64,000 nucleotides of DNA, taken from assembly GCA_017938315.1 (NCBI GenBank), contig JAGBBV010000007.1, positions 76,974 through 140,973 on the forward strand, read 5' to 3'. The DNA is from Lachnospiraceae bacterium. Its GTDB lineage: Bacteria > Bacillota > Clostridia > Lachnospirales > Lachnospiraceae. A program made the position numbers and the translations under genes. Position 1 is the first letter of the stretch. Every line of letters begins with the position of its first letter. Positions 27,702 through 37,129 of the stretch are shown here, piece after piece. The notes under the pieces were generated by a model that worked only from the letters and a program-made list of their open reading frames with translations, did not search any database and was not told where the DNA came from.

Positions 27702-29459
27702 ATGGCTTTTGACGGAATTACAGTGGCCGCCGTTGTTTCTGAATTACAGGAAACCCTCGTGGGCGGACGTATCTATAAAATTGCACAGCCCGAAAATGAC
27801 GAGCTGTTACTTACCATAAAAACAAAAGACGGTGGACAGACAAAGCTTCTGCTTTCGGCAGGTGCTTCTCTTCCCCTTATTTATCTGACGGAGACAAACA
27901 AGCAATCTCCCATGACTGCTCCCGGCTTTTGTATGCTTCTTCGAAAGCACCTGCAAAATGGCCGCATTACTGATGTTACCCAGCCGGGGCTTGAGAGAAT
28001 CGTACAGATTCATGTGGAGCACTTAAATGAAATGGGCGATTTATGCCGCAAAATTCTTGTTATGGAAATCATGGGCAAGCACAGCAATATTATTTTCATA
28101 AACGGTGAAGATATGATTATCGACAGTATCAAGCACATTTCCGGCATGGTCAGTTCTGTGCGTGAGGTTTTGCCCGGAAGAGATTACTTTATTCCTATGA
28201 CACAGGATAAAAAAGACCCGCTTACTGTTACGGAATCTGAGTTTAAAGAAATGATTAGCAGTAAATCTACTGCGGTCTATAAAGCACTTTACACCTCATT
28301 TACCGGACTGTCCCCGCAAATTTCCCAGGAAATCTGTGCGGCTGCCCTTGTTGACGGAGAGGCATCTACTGCTATCTTTTCAGAAACTGCTGACGGAAGA
28401 AAACTTTTAGATGGACTATACCAGGCTTTTGATAAGATTATGTCCTGCGTAAAGGAACATAAATTCTCCCCCGGAATCATTTATGAAAATGGTGTCCCTG
28501 TGGATTTCTTTGTGATACCACCGGTTTCCTATCCACAAGAATCATTACGCCCGTTTACATCCATCTCCACTCTTTTAGAGCAGTATTATTCGGAGAAAAA
28601 TACCATTACACGTATCAGACAAAAGTCTGTAGACCTTCGCAAGATTGTTCAAACTGCACTGGAGCGTAACATTAAAAAATACGATTTGCAAGTCCGCCAG
28701 ATGCAGGATACGGAAAAGAAAGATAAATATAAAGTTTATGGGGAATTATTAAATACTTACGGTTACGGCGCATCTCCCGGTGCCAAATCCCTTGAGGCAC
28801 TAAACTATTACACCAATGAAATGATTACCATTCCTCTGGATCCGCAGCTTACTACTACGGAAAATGCGAAAAAATATTTTGATAAGTACAATAAGTTAAA
28901 ACGTACCTATGAGGCACTTTCCAAACTCACGCTTGAGGTTAAGGCAGAAATCGACCATTTAGAATCCATTCAGAACGCTTTAGATATTGCCCTTCTCGAA
29001 GAAGATTTGACACAGATTAAGGAAGAACTGATTGAGAGCGGCTATATTCACCGTAAAGGCGGCAATAAAAAGGTAAAAATCACCAGCAAACCTTTTCACT
29101 ATATCAGCAGCGACGGCTTTCATATGTATGTTGGCAAAAACAACTACCAGAACGAAGAACTGACCTTTAAATTTGCAAACGGTGGTGACTGGTGGTTTCA
29201 TGCAAAGGGTATGCCCGGTTCCCACGTAATTGTCAAAACAAACGGTGAAGAACTTCCCGACAATACTTTTGAAGAAGCTGGCCGCCTGGCTGCCTACTAC
29301 TCCAAAGGAAAAGGTCAGGAAAAGGTAGAAATTGATTATGTAGAAAGAAAGCATGTGAAAAAGCCTAATGGCAGCAAGCCCGGATTTGTGGTTTATTATA
29401 CGAATTACTCTATGATGATTGACAGTGATATTTCTAATATAAAAATGGCAGAGGGATAG
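27702..29459 (+). CDS. rqcH: Ribosome quality control protein RqcH (NFACT/FbpA family)
   Basis: MAFDG, PGFCMLLRKHL, EIMGKHSNII, VGKNNYQNE, WFHAKGMPGSHV, KPNGSKPGFV; start moved to ATG 27702. Confidence 0.95.
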   Translation: MAFDGITVAAVVSELQETLVGGRIYKIAQPENDELLLTIKTKDGGQTKLLLSAGASLPLIYLTETNKQSPMTAPGFCMLLRKHLQNGRITDVTQPGLERIVQIHVEHLNEMGDLCRKILVMEIMGKHSNIIFINGEDMIIDSIKHISGMVSSVREVLPGRDYFIPMTQDKKDPLTVTESEFKEMISSKSTAVYKALYTSFTGLSPQISQEICAAALVDGEASTAIFSETADGRKLLDGLYQAFDKIMSCVKEHKFSPGIIYENGVPVDFFVIPPVSYPQESLRPFTSISTLLEQYYSEKNTITRIRQKSVDLRKIVQTALERNIKKYDLQVRQMQDTEKKDKYKVYGELLNTYGYGASPGAKSLEALNYYTNEMITIPLDPQLTTTENAKKYFDKYNKLKRTYEALSKLTLEVKAEIDHLESIQNALDIALLEEDLTQIKEELIESGYIHRKGGNKKVKITSKPFHYISSDGFHMYVGKNNYQNEELTFKFANGGDWWFHAKGMPGSHVIVKTNGEELPDNTFEEAGRLAAYYSKGKGQEKVEIDYVERKHVKKPNGSKPGFVVYYTNYSMMIDSDISNIKMAEG

Positions 29460-29476
29460 CAAAATGCTATCCCTCT
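29450..29476. terminator. Terminator between converging rqcH and array B
   Basis: AGAGGGATAGCA-aaa-TGCTATCCCTCT 12-bp perfect stem. Confidence 0.8.
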
Positions 29477-29484
29477 TTACTAAA

Positions 29485-31353
29485 TCATTGTTGCATGTTA
29501 TCTTTTAATTCTTCATCTGCTTCCTCCCAGGAAGACCAGTTATCCGGCAAAATAAACATTATCCCATCTGCCATTGTCGTAAAGATATCTGCCTCATACA
29601 AATCTTCCCAGTTTATGATATCTTCATTTAGCGAATACTTTAAACTGCCGCCTCCTAAATATGTGCCGCTATCAGGTAAAAAGCAGGATACGGATTGATT
29701 TTTTGCAGCCCACTTTATTTGTTCATTTATCTCTTCACAGTGGTTCTTCCACCCTTTCTCTGAATCACTGTCAAAAGCAGTCATGGGCAATACCACACTT
29801 CTTAAATTGGGAAGTGCCAATACTTCTTCTGCTCCAACTAATTCATCCGGTCTCATCATTGTCGCAATATATAATACTTCCAGATTCTTTAAATAGGCCA
29901 GCTCACTAATATCCAATTCATCTGCATATGTTTCATTATTTGTATCAAAAAAAAGATATTCCAAATTCTCACATTGTGAAATATATTCAAAGGTTGTAGG
30001 GGCAGAGTTTGATATACATAATAATGTTTCTAAATTAGGAAACCGCGAGATTCCTTCATAGCTTAACGGTACTGTACAGTTCACTCTTAAAAACTTAAGA
30101 CTTTCCAGGCTTTCTCCTTCCTCTTCAAAGTATTCTGCCACAGCCTTATTCTTATTCCCTATTATGGAAAGCTCCCGCAGCTTGCTCATACTATCCAAAA
30201 AAACAGGCTCTCCAAACTCACAACTATCAATAGAAAGTTCCCTAAGCTGTACAAGCTCTGAAAGCTCCTCCTCATCAAATTCAAGTCCATAGAAATTTAA
30301 GGAGAAAAGCGACTCAATTTCCACTAAACTATTAAGGTTCTTTACTTTCAGTATCGACTCCTCTTCCCGCTCCCAAGGATTTTTTCTACTTACCACAGTT
30401 AATGTTTTCAGCTCTTCAAATTTCGAGAACAGTTTCATGTCTATGGTTCCAGCCAAACATTCTATATAGATATCTTCCATATCTGCAGGTAATTCCTCTA
30501 TATAGTCTTTTAATCCCTCTTCATTTTCTACAGACAGTCTATAGGTAATATTATCTTCCACACCTGTATATTCATCATATTGATACTGCCAATAATCCAA
30601 ATATTCTTCCATATCTGCATTCCCTGTTGTAGTATGAGCCTGTATCATCTGTCCAAACACAGCTGTATCCCACTTATCCTCAATGGTAATTTCTTCCTTA
30701 TGGTCAGTCAGAAATTTCTGATGCTCTTTTGCAACCTGATAGCCCAAATCAATATATTCCAGTTTCGGTAACTGCCCTATCATTTCTCCCAAATATTTAT
30801 AGCCCATTGGGAATTGTCCAAAATAATTAGTATATCCCGGATTATACCTAACCGATAAATTCTCCAGTTCCTCACACTGTGTGATTACATCCAGATTAAC
30901 CAGTATATCCCGCTTTAAATCATTATCAATCATCAAAGTATGTAAGCCTGTCATATACTTTAAGTCACACAGATCCACATAATTCATGGGAACACTTATC
31001 TGATCATACATTGGTTGCCCAAATATTCCCATATCCAAATCGCAGTCTATCAAGAGTTCTTCAATCCCGGCACATTCCCGTTCGGTTATAGGTTCCTGCG
31101 CCTCCTTACCTAAGGTAAGACGCACACATCTCTCTACCAGAGGGTCCTGGAATTCTACTTTTTTGTTAAGCAGCATATATCCTAATACCACGCATACAAC
31201 TAAAAGCATGATTACTATACATACAATCATCCCTTTTAAGATGCCTTTTTTTGCATCTTGCATTGATGTGCTTGCATCCTCTATCACTGTCCCGCAACTA
31301 GGGCAAAAATGAGTGCCATCCTTTAGTTCCTTTCCGCACTGCCTACAAAACAT
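29485..31353 (-). CDS. Zinc-ribbon/TM protein with leucine-rich-repeat ectodomain
   Basis: MFCRQCGKELKDGTHFCPSCG; TM; LRR cap FQDPLVERCVRLTLGK; LxxLxxLxL repeats such as LSELVQLRELSI, LDSMSKLRELSI, LAYLKNLEVLYI. Confidence 0.88.
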   Translation of the reverse strand: MFCRQCGKELKDGTHFCPSCGTVIEDASTSMQDAKKGILKGMIVCIVIMLLVVCVVLGYMLLNKKVEFQDPLVERCVRLTLGKEAQEPITERECAGIEELLIDCDLDMGIFGQPMYDQISVPMNYVDLCDLKYMTGLHTLMIDNDLKRDILVNLDVITQCEELENLSVRYNPGYTNYFGQFPMGYKYLGEMIGQLPKLEYIDLGYQVAKEHQKFLTDHKEEITIEDKWDTAVFGQMIQAHTTTGNADMEEYLDYWQYQYDEYTGVEDNITYRLSVENEEGLKDYIEELPADMEDIYIECLAGTIDMKLFSKFEELKTLTVVSRKNPWEREEESILKVKNLNSLVEIESLFSLNFYGLEFDEEELSELVQLRELSIDSCEFGEPVFLDSMSKLRELSIIGNKNKAVAEYFEEEGESLESLKFLRVNCTVPLSYEGISRFPNLETLLCISNSAPTTFEYISQCENLEYLFFDTNNETYADELDISELAYLKNLEVLYIATMMRPDELVGAEEVLALPNLRSVVLPMTAFDSDSEKGWKNHCEEINEQIKWAAKNQSVSCFLPDSGTYLGGGSLKYSLNEDIINWEDLYEADIFTTMADGIMFILPDNWSSWEEADEELKDNMQQ

Positions 31354-31379
31354 ATGTTTTCTCCTTTTTTTACTATTGT

Positions 31380-33572
31380 CTATTCATCTGCATGGAAATA
31401 AAAATTCTCATCAAAGTATCCGGATAAGCTAAATCCGTCATCCTTGCTTACTTCCACTTCCCAGAATTCTCCGTTGTAGGTAACATCCCAATATATATTT
31501 TGGAATTTACTGTCTTTTCCAATAAAGCTAAAGGTCTCACCGTTCTTATTTGCTTCATCTGCATCCAGTGTCAATACATCACCTAAAATTTCGTTTCCGT
31601 AATAATTTCCTGTATCAAAGTTTTCATCAAGCACAGTGCTTCCACTTATAGTTTCTTCCGTTCCGTCTATAGGATATATAATATCATCATCATATAACTG
31701 CGAAGTGGTCACTCCATCTTTCGTAGTTGTCAGCCTCCAATGTCCTGCATCTTCGTCCCACTCCAAATCAAATTTTGCATCTGTTCCGGTGGCTATGTAA
31801 TGAAGGGATGTCTTGTTGGTATTATCTACAAAGTTCTGTAAACACCACCAAACATCACTTTCCGATGCATATTCCTCATAAACGATTTCTTCGCTGGCAA
31901 CTGCCGCCTCACCAAAAAGATAAACTTCCGGTGCATCTGCAATATTTCCAAGTATTTCTCCGTTTGTCATAGGCTGATAATTATATGTATGATTATATTC
32001 TATAATGTCAAAAATATCATATACTCCGTCACTTCTCTTTGCATAAATTTTTCCATATGCATATCCATAGCTCTCATAATCACCGTCTAATGCAACACTA
32101 CCATCTACGAAAGAATATAGTTTTCCATCTTTGTTGTAAAATACGTCTACTGCCTCATTTGCATCATTTACTTCCACTACACTGTCACCGTTTATGTAAT
32201 GAATATTATAATTAAACCCGGTACAATTGCCTTCTTCATCGTATTGAGCTTCGCGCTCGAAACTACGTATTCCATAATGCATATTTTCAGGATGATCGAA
32301 CGAATCCTCGACCTCTGATATATAATAAATACCATTTTCATCATAGTAATACCTTGTCAGATAATCGGATGACGCAATCCAGAAAATGTTTCTGTGCCGA
32401 TCAAACTCATAGTAATCATCTGATACATGTAACACATCACCTTTTTCATTAACCAGACAGTTCCACTTACTATAATCCTCATAATTGAAAATATGAAACC
32501 GGAAATATCCATCTCCCGCGTCTTCCAAGTCTATCTCATAACCATTACACTCGCTTAAATAAGAAAACAATGGATTACCCATTTCATCATATACCGTACA
32601 TTCCCCTACATTTGAAGCATTAAAATGTTCACTCTCTATTCCCGTATCTACCATTATTCCAAAATAATTATCAAATTTTTTTATGAATTCGGCTTCTTCT
32701 TCGATTTTCTTTATTACATTACCATCGCTATCATATAACTCTACACCGTCTTCTGTTTCAAAATACAAATTATTACTTTTACCGATGCAGTTACATCCCA
32801 CAAAATCTACAGCCTCCTCCAAGGGCAAATTGGGAATAATCATACCATTTTTTAAATTTATCACTCCGAGCAAGTTATACTCTTCATCCTTAATCCAGTG
32901 AAACGGACAACCATGGTCAAAAGAAGAATACGATATTTCTCCCGCTTCTTCCGTAAACAATTCACTAGTATCTAACAATAATTCTCCGTCTGAATTATAA
33001 TAATAAATATTATCATCTGTTCTTACGGTAAGTATATCATTTCCCAGATATTGATGAGACATCTTAGGGGAATCACATATTTTCTCACCTTGCCAATCAT
33101 ATATTGACCAATCTAAACTCCTAAACAAACACTCGTCAGAAAACATATAATCATCTACGCCCGACACCGCAAATTCTCCCACCTTCTTCACGGTCAGGAT
33201 ATCTGACTGATACTCTAACGGTTCCCAATTGTCATTACCGTTTGTATCATTATCTGCTGATGCATGTCCTTCTGTATCATTTTCAGTCTCTTCACCATTC
33301 ATAATATCTTCTTCCTGTGAAGATTTGTTTCCACTATCCGGCTTTCTGCTCAGTGTCATACCAAAAGCAGTCCCTGCACCTACCAGGGCAAGAATTGCCA
33401 CTAAGCCAATAACCATGCCCTTTTTCGATTTCTTTTGTTTCACGGGTTCTGGGGTTGTCTGGACACTGTTTTCCACAGTCTTTTCTATTTTATTCTCTTC
33501 CACCGCACTTCCACAATTGGGGCAAAAACGGATTCCTTCCTTTAGTTCCTTTCCACACTGTCTGCAATACAT
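31380..33572 (-). CDS. Zinc-ribbon/TM protein with WG-like beta-repeat ectodomain and duplicated C-terminal domain
   Basis: MYCRQCGKELKEGIRFCPNCG; KQKKSKK then TM; repeated (Y/L/V)(Y/D/N)xxG(E/N/D) blades. Confidence 0.8.
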   Translation of the reverse strand: MYCRQCGKELKEGIRFCPNCGSAVEENKIEKTVENSVQTTPEPVKQKKSKKGMVIGLVAILALVGAGTAFGMTLSRKPDSGNKSSQEEDIMNGEETENDTEGHASADNDTNGNDNWEPLEYQSDILTVKKVGEFAVSGVDDYMFSDECLFRSLDWSIYDWQGEKICDSPKMSHQYLGNDILTVRTDDNIYYYNSDGELLLDTSELFTEEAGEISYSSFDHGCPFHWIKDEEYNLLGVINLKNGMIIPNLPLEEAVDFVGCNCIGKSNNLYFETEDGVELYDSDGNVIKKIEEEAEFIKKFDNYFGIMVDTGIESEHFNASNVGECTVYDEMGNPLFSYLSECNGYEIDLEDAGDGYFRFHIFNYEDYSKWNCLVNEKGDVLHVSDDYYEFDRHRNIFWIASSDYLTRYYYDENGIYYISEVEDSFDHPENMHYGIRSFEREAQYDEEGNCTGFNYNIHYINGDSVVEVNDANEAVDVFYNKDGKLYSFVDGSVALDGDYESYGYAYGKIYAKRSDGVYDIFDIIEYNHTYNYQPMTNGEILGNIADAPEVYLFGEAAVASEEIVYEEYASESDVWWCLQNFVDNTNKTSLHYIATGTDAKFDLEWDEDAGHWRLTTTKDGVTTSQLYDDDIIYPIDGTEETISGSTVLDENFDTGNYYGNEILGDVLTLDADEANKNGETFSFIGKDSKFQNIYWDVTYNGEFWEVEVSKDDGFSLSGYFDENFYFHADE

Positions 33573-33587
33573 ATTCTGTCCTCACTT

Positions 33588-35030
33588 TCATTCTCCTACA
33601 TATTCACTGTAACTAGATTCATGTAGCGTAAGCCAATCAATTTCTCTTTTTTCCATACACTCTTCTTTCATTCCATTATCCTGCATATTTGACTTAATCA
33701 ATAAGTCAATATCTTCTTTTGAGCAAAAAACTATTCCCTTCTCTTCCAGCAGTTGTATAAAGCTCAAACATTCTTCTTCATAATCATAGTCAAGCTCATA
33801 CGTATGGAAAATTCCGTCCCCTATGTAATAAGTAGCTATACAAAGTTCATCATTTTCCTGTTCATAATCAAAGCACTCTTCATAGGCCTCATAATCAATT
33901 TCTCCGGCCCACATACCATAATTGTGAGAAGCACTATAAACCTCTTTACACCTGCCATCTTCACCAATTAAGCTATAGCTATCATACATGGCACCGGCGC
34001 CACCGCTTCCTAAGTATTCCACAAGTCCATAATGATAAAGTTCTAAGATACCTCTCGCATAATGAAACCCTGCATAGCAGACACTGAGTTCACCATCTTC
34101 ATATCTGATAACAAAAGTCATATTGCTGTCATCATCATCGCAGTAATAATCAAGGCCAACAAAACGAAGTGCTAAATCAGGTACCCCATCCTTACCACAA
34201 TCAATGAAAGAATACTGTATACTGCTTAGTGTCTCATCCGAACCAGAATAGTCCAAATATTCTGCTTGTAGCATTTCAAGTATATCCTGCATGGCAACCC
34301 TGTTATTTGCATCCATATAGCCGTCAAAATTACCCGTTACATCGTTTGAAACACAAGCAGAAGTATTGCCTTTCAAAAAATCATCATATAAATCCAGAAT
34401 TTCCTCTTCCATTATTCTCTGTGGTGTTTCCTCAGATTCCCCTGTGCCCGTCTCTGCCGGTATCTCTTCCGCAGCAGCTTCTTCCGTGCGCTCCTCTGTC
34501 AGTACCGCTTCCGCCACTAATTCTCCTGACACCCCCGGTTTCTCATCGCGGTTTTCCTGCATTTTCTTTATCGCTTTTTTTATTTTTGGGGAGTCTGTTA
34601 TTTCATAGCCTTCCTCTAAAATTTCTGTCGCCTTATCATACTCTCCCATTTCTTCATAAACATCAGACAGTAACAAATATGCGACTTCATCTTTCTCACT
34701 TAACTTGATTGCCTTCTTAAGTTCTTTCACTGCACGGTCAAATTTGCCTTCCTCCGCATAAGATTCAGCCTCTTCAATATAAGTTGCATATTCACCGGTT
34801 TTTTTTGCCCGGGCAGTCAAAAAAACAATTGCTCCTATAAGCACTGCTAAAATAATAACCGCAACGACTATTAAAAGAACTTTCCACAATTTTCCTGTTT
34901 TTTTCTTTTTTACCGGAAGTTCATCCCGGGCCGGCATGGTCTGCACACTTCCTTCTGCTTTATGGCCGCAAGCAGCACAAAACATTGCTTCATCCTGCAT
35001 TTGATTGCCACATTTACTACAATATTTCAT
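33588..35030 (-). CDS. Zinc-ribbon/TM protein with TPR and acidic C-terminal domain
   Basis: MKYCSKCGNQMQDEAMFCAACG; KKKKTGK then TM; TPR FDRAVKELKKAI...AYLLLSDVY; DCGKDGVPDL loop. Confidence 0.85.
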   Translation of the reverse strand: MKYCSKCGNQMQDEAMFCAACGHKAEGSVQTMPARDELPVKKKKTGKLWKVLLIVVAVIILAVLIGAIVFLTARAKKTGEYATYIEEAESYAEEGKFDRAVKELKKAIKLSEKDEVAYLLLSDVYEEMGEYDKATEILEEGYEITDSPKIKKAIKKMQENRDEKPGVSGELVAEAVLTEERTEEAAAEEIPAETGTGESEETPQRIMEEEILDLYDDFLKGNTSACVSNDVTGNFDGYMDANNRVAMQDILEMLQAEYLDYSGSDETLSSIQYSFIDCGKDGVPDLALRFVGLDYYCDDDDSNMTFVIRYEDGELSVCYAGFHYARGILELYHYGLVEYLGSGGAGAMYDSYSLIGEDGRCKEVYSASHNYGMWAGEIDYEAYEECFDYEQENDELCIATYYIGDGIFHTYELDYDYEEECLSFIQLLEEKGIVFCSKEDIDLLIKSNMQDNGMKEECMEKREIDWLTLHESSYSEYVGE

Positions 35031-35065
35031 TGTAAAAAACTCCTTTGTTTACGATTAACTCCCAT

Positions 35066-36214
35066 CTATTCTTCTAGAAAAAATGCATCAATTCCGTTTG
35101 CAATTCCTGCAACAATCTTCAACTGATATTCCTCTGTTGCCATCAACTCATCCTCTGTAGGATTTGTCATATACCCCATTTCCACAATGGTTACCGGCAC
35201 CTGGCACCAGTTAATGCCACTCATGGTGTCTGTTTCCCAGACACGCTCTCTTCTTGCACCTGTTGCCGCCACCATTTCGTCCAACACATAAGTAGATAGT
35301 GCCTTACTCTTGCTATATAATTCTGCATTATAAGGATTGGACGAGGTCTGGCATATGGTCATGGAACCACTTACCGACGAATTGGTAGAACCGTTTGCAT
35401 GAATTCTGACAAACGCATCTGCCTGATTGGAGTTTGCAATCTCTGCTCTTTCTGCGTTACTGATGTTGATATCATTGGTTTCCCTGCACATGATTACCTG
35501 ATATCCTCTGGCTTCCAATTCCTCTTTCAGTTTTAGGGAAACTTCCAATGTCAGTTCATATTCCGGCTTTCCCGTAGAAACTCCCGATGTTCCCCCTGCC
35601 ACCTTGGCTTTCATTTCCGTAGCACCGGGACCCACAGGTTCTTTTTCGGAATTTCCTTTTTTCTGGTGACCTGCATCAATCACAACAAGTTTTCCTGTTA
35701 TCTCTATTTTTTCAGTGGTTAAATAATCCTCACTGATAAATCCTTCTTTTCCATTATACCGGACAAAATACCAGCCATCACAGTGACCATGTGCCTGTAC
35801 CTGCACATTTCTCGGCAGGGTATCAATAATGTCTGAATCAGTGGAATTTGATACCCGGAAATTCACCTTGTCAGTGGTATAATACGCAGTTTCCGGAATT
35901 TCCTCTATGACAGGTTGCTGCTGTTCTTCCTGCGTCTGTTCTTCATCTGCTGTAGTTGCCTCTTTTGTTTCGCTCTCCGGTGCTTCCGCATCCGGAACTT
36001 CGTCCGCCAAACCGGCAGTCACATCAGCAGTTGCCTCTTCCTTTTTGTTTTCCACGCTTTCCGGCTCTTCTATAGAATTATCTTCGCTTTCCTGTGGTAT
36101 CTCTACCGTTTCTACTTCATAGGATGCTTCAGAATCTTTTTCGGCACAACCGGTCACCAAAAATGCTATGCTTATGCATAGGCAAACCAATGCAGATTTT
36201 ATTTTTGTTTTCAT
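35066..36214 (-). CDS. Lipoprotein SH3b + N-acetylmuramoyl-L-alanine amidase (Amidase_3)
   Basis: Lipobox LVTGC; SH3b VNFR...[19 protein letters not shown]; zinc ligands IDAGHQ, EYEL, RIHANG; catalytic VEMGY. Confidence 0.93.
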   Translation of the reverse strand: MKTKIKSALVCLCISIAFLVTGCAEKDSEASYEVETVEIPQESEDNSIEEPESVENKKEEATADVTAGLADEVPDAEAPESETKEATTADEEQTQEEQQQPVIEEIPETAYYTTDKVNFRVSNSTDSDIIDTLPRNVQVQAHGHCDGWYFVRYNGKEGFISEDYLTTEKIEITGKLVVIDAGHQKKGNSEKEPVGPGATEMKAKVAGGTSGVSTGKPEYELTLEVSLKLKEELEARGYQVIMCRETNDINISNAERAEIANSNQADAFVRIHANGSTNSSVSGSMTICQTSSNPYNAELYSKSKALSTYVLDEMVAATGARRERVWETDTMSGINWCQVPVTIVEMGYMTNPTEDELMATEEYQLKIVAGIANGIDAFFLEE

Positions 36215-37128
36215 CGATAGCCCATCTCTTTCTCGTACTCTACAATCAAATCTCTGTTTGCAACTTCCACATCGCTTAACATAGATTCTTTAAAATCTGA
36301 CGCATCTATGGTTCCTTTATACCAGCTACATCCGTCAAAGTAGTTTTGTAATGATTCATCCGTAAAGCGTCTACCATGGCGTGCATACAATTCATTTCTT
36401 GCAAGTCTGCACTCATCTGCGGTGAGACCTTCCAAATCATCCATGGTTAAATATTTTACATCGCTGTCCTCTAAAATATATTCAGACTCTTCTTCCTCTT
36501 CAACGGCTTCCACATCTGCTTCTTCTACAGCTTCTTCGTAATCTTCTTCCATATCTGCTTCTTCTACAGGTTTAGCATCTGCTTCTTTTACTGCCTCTTC
36601 CTTTATGTCTTCAGCCTCTTTGGCTTCTTCCTCTTCGGCTTCTTCCTCTTCGGCTTCTTCCTCCGGGATTTCTTCTTCGGCATCTTCTTCCTCTTCTACT
36701 TCCTCTTCATCGCTGTCGATGTCTACTGAAATTCCTATGGCTTCATATATTTTTTCTTTTCCGCCTTTTATCCAAAACTCCACAAGAGAAACTCCAATGA
36801 GTGCCAGAATAATGACGGTTAATACGATAATCAGCGCAACAATAACACCTATTCCTTTTTTCTTAGCAGGCTTTTGCACATCTACCGGCTGTGCAACAAC
36901 AGGCTGTACATTCTCCGGCTGCGCATTAACAGGCTGTGCACTAGCAGGTTGCACGTTCTCCGGCTGTGTATCAACGGGTTGCACGTTCTCCGGCTCTGCA
37001 TTTGTAATTGGTGCCTCAGTTACCTGTTCGCTTACCGGCTGCGCGGGTGCACTTTTTACCACCGCTCCACAGCTTGTACAAAACTTTACACCATCTCTGA
37101 GTTCCTGACCACATTGTGTACAAAACAT
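36211..37128 (-). CDS. Zinc-ribbon/TM protein with poly-Glu stalk and YARHG domain
   Basis: [21 protein letters not shown]; QPENVQP repeats; KKK then TM; [15 protein letters not shown]. Confidence 0.92.
   Translation of the reverse strand: MFCTQCGQELRDGVKFCTSCGAVVKSAPAQPVSEQVTEAPITNAEPENVQPVDTQPENVQPASAQPVNAQPENVQPVVAQPVDVQKPAKKKGIGVIVALIIVLTVIILALIGVSLVEFWIKGGKEKIYEAIGISVDIDSDEEEVEEEEDAEEEIPEEEAEEEEAEEEEAKEAEDIKEEAVKEADAKPVEEADMEEDYEEAVEEADVEAVEEEEESEYILEDSDVKYLTMDDLEGLTADECRLARNELYARHGRRFTDESLQNYFDGCSWYKGTIDASDFKESMLSDVEVANRDLIVEYEKEMGYR
36481..36717 (-). repeat. Glu/Ala-rich low-complexity stalk with 15-bp tandem units
   Basis: [15 protein letters not shown]; ttcttcctcttcggc repeated on + strand. 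Confidence 0.8.
36883..36996 (-). repeat. QPENVQP / QPV linker repeats
   Basis: Three copies of (E/Q)PENVQP with QPV spacers. Confidence 0.85.
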
Positions 37129-37129
37129 C

